The notes under the pieces are model-generated. The model had not been told where the DNA came from and searched no databases. It saw only the letters and a program-made list of their open reading frames with translations. The position numbers and the translations under genes are program-made. Positions 61,381-64,000 of a stretch of DNA of 64,000 bases are shown here, piece after piece. Location of the stretch: positions 194 through 64,193 of the forward strand of contig JAHFDN010000013.1 in the NCBI GenBank assembly GCA_023248995.1, in the 5' to 3' direction. This stretch comes from Candidatus Rokuibacteriota bacterium (GTDB lineage: Bacteria > Methylomirabilota > Methylomirabilia > Rokubacteriales > CSP1-6). The number at the start of each line of letters is the position of its first letter. Position 1 is the stretch's first letter.

Positions 61381-62946
61381 CTAGGCGCGGTGGAACTTGA
61401 AGTTGAAGCGGCGGATCTCGAACTGCTGGTTGGGGTTGGGTGTCCACTCCACGTACTTCTGGACGCCGTAGTCCTCGTACGGCTGGATCACGGGGATCCA
61501 CGGGAAGTTCTCGAGGAAGATCTTGGTCATCTCCCGATAGGCCCCGCCCCGGAACTTCTCATCGACCGAGAAGCGGGCAGCGTTTCCCAGCTCGTCGAAG
61601 CGCGGCTGACGCCAGTAGTCCTGGGGCCCGCCGGGGCCCAGGAGGCGCCACATCATGCCGTCAGGATCTCCGAGGGTGGAGGTGGGGTCCGACCAGAACA
61701 TCCCCTTGAAGCTCTTCTCGCGGTTCTTCTGGGCCCGGACCGAGTACTCAATGACCTCCACCTTGGCGTTGATCCCGGCATCCCGCCACATGGCCACGAT
61801 CGCTTCAGCCATCGTCTTGTCGTTGGAGACGTAGGCGACTGTCGTCTCAATGAACACCTCCTCGTTCTTGTAGCCGGCTTTCTTCAGGCGCTCGCGCGCC
61901 TCCGTTGGGTTATAGGCAAGCGGCGGGAGGGAGGGGTCGAAGTGATTGTCCCCCTTCGCGATGGGGCCGCTCGGCACGATGCCACGGCCGCGCCAGAGCT
62001 CCTTGACGATTGCGTCCCGGTCGATGGCGAGCGAGAGCGCCTGCTTGACGAGTGGGTTGTCCAACGGCGGGCGCTTGCTGTTGACGGCGAGAACGTAGAG
62101 CCCGGCGTAGAGGGCACCCTGAACCTTTGTCGCGGAGTTGCCGGCCACCCGTTCACCGTGATCCGGCGGGAGCTGGGTAATGACATCCACCTCGCCCTTC
62201 AGAAGGGCGGCGATCCGCGGCGCCGCCTCGGGGATCGAACGAACGACCACCCGGTCCGCATCGATCTTGCCGCCCCAGTAGGCGGGGTTCGCCTCGAGCA
62301 CCAGCTTATCGTCCTTCACCCACGACACGAAGCGCACGGGGCCCGTGCCCACGGGCTTGGCGTTGAACGCGTCGTTACCGACCGCCTCCAGGTACTTCTT
62401 GGGGACGACCTGGCCGCCGTAGAAAGCCAGCCGCGCGGGGAGCAAGGGGTCGGGCTTCTTAGTATGGATGACCAGCGTCAAGGGATCGGGCGCCTCGATC
62501 CGGTCAATTGTGCTGAGAGCGGTGGCGACCATGGTCTTGGCGGCGGCATCGTACGTCCGCTCGATGCTGAACTTGGCGTCAGCGGACGTGAACGGATCGC
62601 CGTTGTGCCATTTCACGCCCGGGCGAAGCTTGAACCGATAGGTCGTCTGACCCTCGAGCTTCCACTCGGTGGCGAGCCCGGGGTAGAGCTTGCCGTTAGG
62701 GTGGCGACTGGTGAGGTTGTCGAAGATGTTGAACGAGACGCGGATGTCGTTGGAGGACGTGCTGAAGTGGGGGTCGAACTTCGAGATGTCACCCCCCTGT
62801 GCGACGACGAGCTCGCGCTTCTTGGTCGTCTGCGCCTGGGCCGACCCGCTCAGAATGTGGGGAAGCGCTCCCGCCGCCCCGAGACCGGCCATGCCCTTGA
62901 GGACTTCGCGTCGGGTCAGCTCGATCATAGGGACCTCCCTGGTCAC
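61381..62946 (-). CDS. ABC transporter substrate-binding protein, family 5 (peptide/nickel), Tat signal
   Basis: RREVLKGMAGLGAAGA twin-arginine signal. ~520 aa SBP_bac_5 architecture. Confidence 0.85.
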   Translation of the reverse strand: MTREVPMIELTRREVLKGMAGLGAAGALPHILSGSAQAQTTKKRELVVAQGGDISKFDPHFSTSSNDIRVSFNIFDNLTSRHPNGKLYPGLATEWKLEGQTTYRFKLRPGVKWHNGDPFTSADAKFSIERTYDAAAKTMVATALSTIDRIEAPDPLTLVIHTKKPDPLLPARLAFYGGQVVPKKYLEAVGNDAFNAKPVGTGPVRFVSWVKDDKLVLEANPAYWGGKIDADRVVVRSIPEAAPRIAALLKGEVDVITQLPPDHGERVAGNSATKVQGALYAGLYVLAVNSKRPPLDNPLVKQALSLAIDRDAIVKELWRGRGIVPSGPIAKGDNHFDPSLPPLAYNPTEARERLKKAGYKNEEVFIETTVAYVSNDKTMAEAIVAMWRDAGINAKVEVIEYSVRAQKNREKSFKGMFWSDPTSTLGDPDGMMWRLLGPGGPQDYWRQPRFDELGNAARFSVDEKFRGGAYREMTKIFLENFPWIPVIQPYEDYGVQKYVEWTPNPNQQFEIRRFNFKFHRA

Positions 62947-63026
62947 ATCGTGTAGGGTGGGAGGATTCTAGTGGGTCCGCCGGGGCCTGTCAAGCGACGG
63001 GGGGCGGTGATACAATTGAGAGCCGG

Positions 63027-64000
63027 ATGCCAAGCGCGGACGTCGTCGTCATCGGTGGGGGCGCCAACGGGACCAGCACCGCCTACCACCTCGCCAGCCT
63101 CGGGGTCACGAGCGTCGTCCTCCTCGAGCGGCGTCATCTGGCCGCGGGCGCCACGGGCAAATCGGGCTCGCTCGTCAGGACGCACTACACGAACGAGGCC
63201 GAGTCGCGCCTGGCCTTCGAGAGCCTCAAGGTCTTCCACGACTTCGAAACGCTCGTGGGGGGCCACGCTGGGTTCGAGCGCGTCGGCTTCGTCCAGATCG
63301 TTCCGCGGGGGTACGAGGAGGCGCTCCGCAAGAACGTGGAGCGGCACCGGCGGATCGGGATCGACACGCAGGTGCTCTCGCGGGAAGACCTGGCGCACCT
63401 GCTCCCCGGGTGCTACTCGGACGACGTGGGCGCGGCCGCCTACGAGCCGAGCTCGGGCTTCGCCGATCCCAACGCCACCACCTTCGCCTTCGCCGAAGCG
63501 GCCAGGCGCCTGGGCGTGAGGCTCCACCTGGGCTGCCAGGCCACCCGGATCGTCACCCATCGCGAGCGGGTCGTCGCCGTGGAGACCACCGACGGCCGCT
63601 TGGACACGCCGACGGTCGTCGTCGCGGCCGGCGCCTGGGCAACCCCGCTGCTCGCCCCTCTCGGCCTCGACTGGGGCCTCACCCCGCACCGCGTTCAGGT
63701 CTCGATCTTCCGGTGGCCGCCCGGCTGGAGCCGCCGCCACCCGGCCGTGATCGATGCCATCCACCACTCGTGGCTGCGCCCCGAGGGGGCGGCCTCGACG
63801 CTCGCCGGGGTGGACCTGGGAGTGAAGCACGCCGACCCGGAGTCCCTGGACGAGGGGGTGGACCCGGTGTACGTGGCCCGCTGCCGGGAGAAGCTCGCGG
63901 CGCGCCTGCCGATCTTCGGCGACGCGCCGATGCGCGGCGGCTGGGCCGGCCTGATCATGATGAGCCCCGACGGCCGACCGATCATCGACCAGATCCAGTC
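63027..64000 (+). CDS. FAD-dependent oxidoreductase (DadA / sarcosine-oxidase-beta / glycine oxidase-like), 3' partial
   Basis: ATG 63027 with GAGAG SD. Dinucleotide-binding VVIGGGANGTSTAYHLA. The frame is open to the window end. It does not appear in the ORF track because no stop lies inside the window. Confidence 0.75.
   Translation, partial: MPSADVVVIGGGANGTSTAYHLASLGVTSVVLLERRHLAAGATGKSGSLVRTHYTNEAESRLAFESLKVFHDFETLVGGHAGFERVGFVQIVPRGYEEALRKNVERHRRIGIDTQVLSREDLAHLLPGCYSDDVGAAAYEPSSGFADPNATTFAFAEAARRLGVRLHLGCQATRIVTHRERVVAVETTDGRLDTPTVVVAAGAWATPLLAPLGLDWGLTPHRVQVSIFRWPPGWSRRHPAVIDAIHHSWLRPEGAASTLAGVDLGVKHADPESLDEGVDPVYVARCREKLAARLPIFGDAPMRGGWAGLIMMSPDGRPIIDQIQ

Noticed and set aside
62971-63519. 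Plus-strand ORF 62971..63519 (frame 1)
   Set aside because: It is a low-complexity Ser/Arg/Pro translation. The real gene is in frame 0 from ATG 63027 (FAD oxidoreductase with GxGxxG), running off the window end.

Overview
This is a high-GC (about 70 %) bacterial chromosomal segment, gene-dense and mostly housekeeping. Genes are packed with frequent 4-nt stop/start overlaps (ATGA/GTGA). No rRNA, tRNA, CRISPR array, transposase or integrase was seen.

Reading left to right:
- a 5'-partial membrane protein built from tandem ~156-aa repeats;
- a nucleotide-sugar block (ugd, UDP-glucuronate decarboxylase, GalE-like epimerase, Trm112-like, NTP-transferase/LbH);
- lepA-lepB-hemW, then hrcA-grpE-dnaJ-prmA-rsmE-archease;
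- lpxC behind a sigma54-type promoter, followed by DUF4390-ntrY-ntrX;
- a Bacillus-like pyrimidine operon (pyrR-pyrB-pyrC-carA-small ORF-carB-pyrF-pyrE), a hypothetical protein and hpt;
- an MFS transporter and a CDGSH protein on the minus strand;
- yicC-gmk-rpoZ-coaBC-UDG4-priA-def-fmt-rsmB-rpe, then ffh-rpsP-rimM-trmD-rplS-rnhB-yraN;
- a DUF360 membrane protein, Nramp and an amidase;
- a complete livKHMGF operon on the minus strand;
- a cupredoxin-like/FTR1 iron-uptake pair;
- a small accessory-looking locus (PilZ-REC regulator, ATP-grasp protein, CtaG-like membrane protein, tandem-PilZ protein, small hypothetical) that abuts a truncated SDR gene remnant;
- an amidohydrolase, an orphan peptide-type ABC importer (SBP plus two permeases) and a 3'-partial FAD oxidoreductase.

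The most notable sequence-level observations:
- Two conserved protein N-termini are encoded upstream of any ATG/GTG/TTG, implying AUC/CUG initiation exactly at stop/start overlaps.
- PriA lacks a Walker A motif.
- A divergent archease is translationally coupled to rsmE.
- An SD-sequestering hairpin followed by U8 sits in front of pyrR.
- A bipartite anti-SD hairpin sits in the rplS leader.
- Three paralogous PilZ domains lie in a locus that truncates an SDR gene.

Taxon cannot be assigned from sequence alone; the lineage is unknown.
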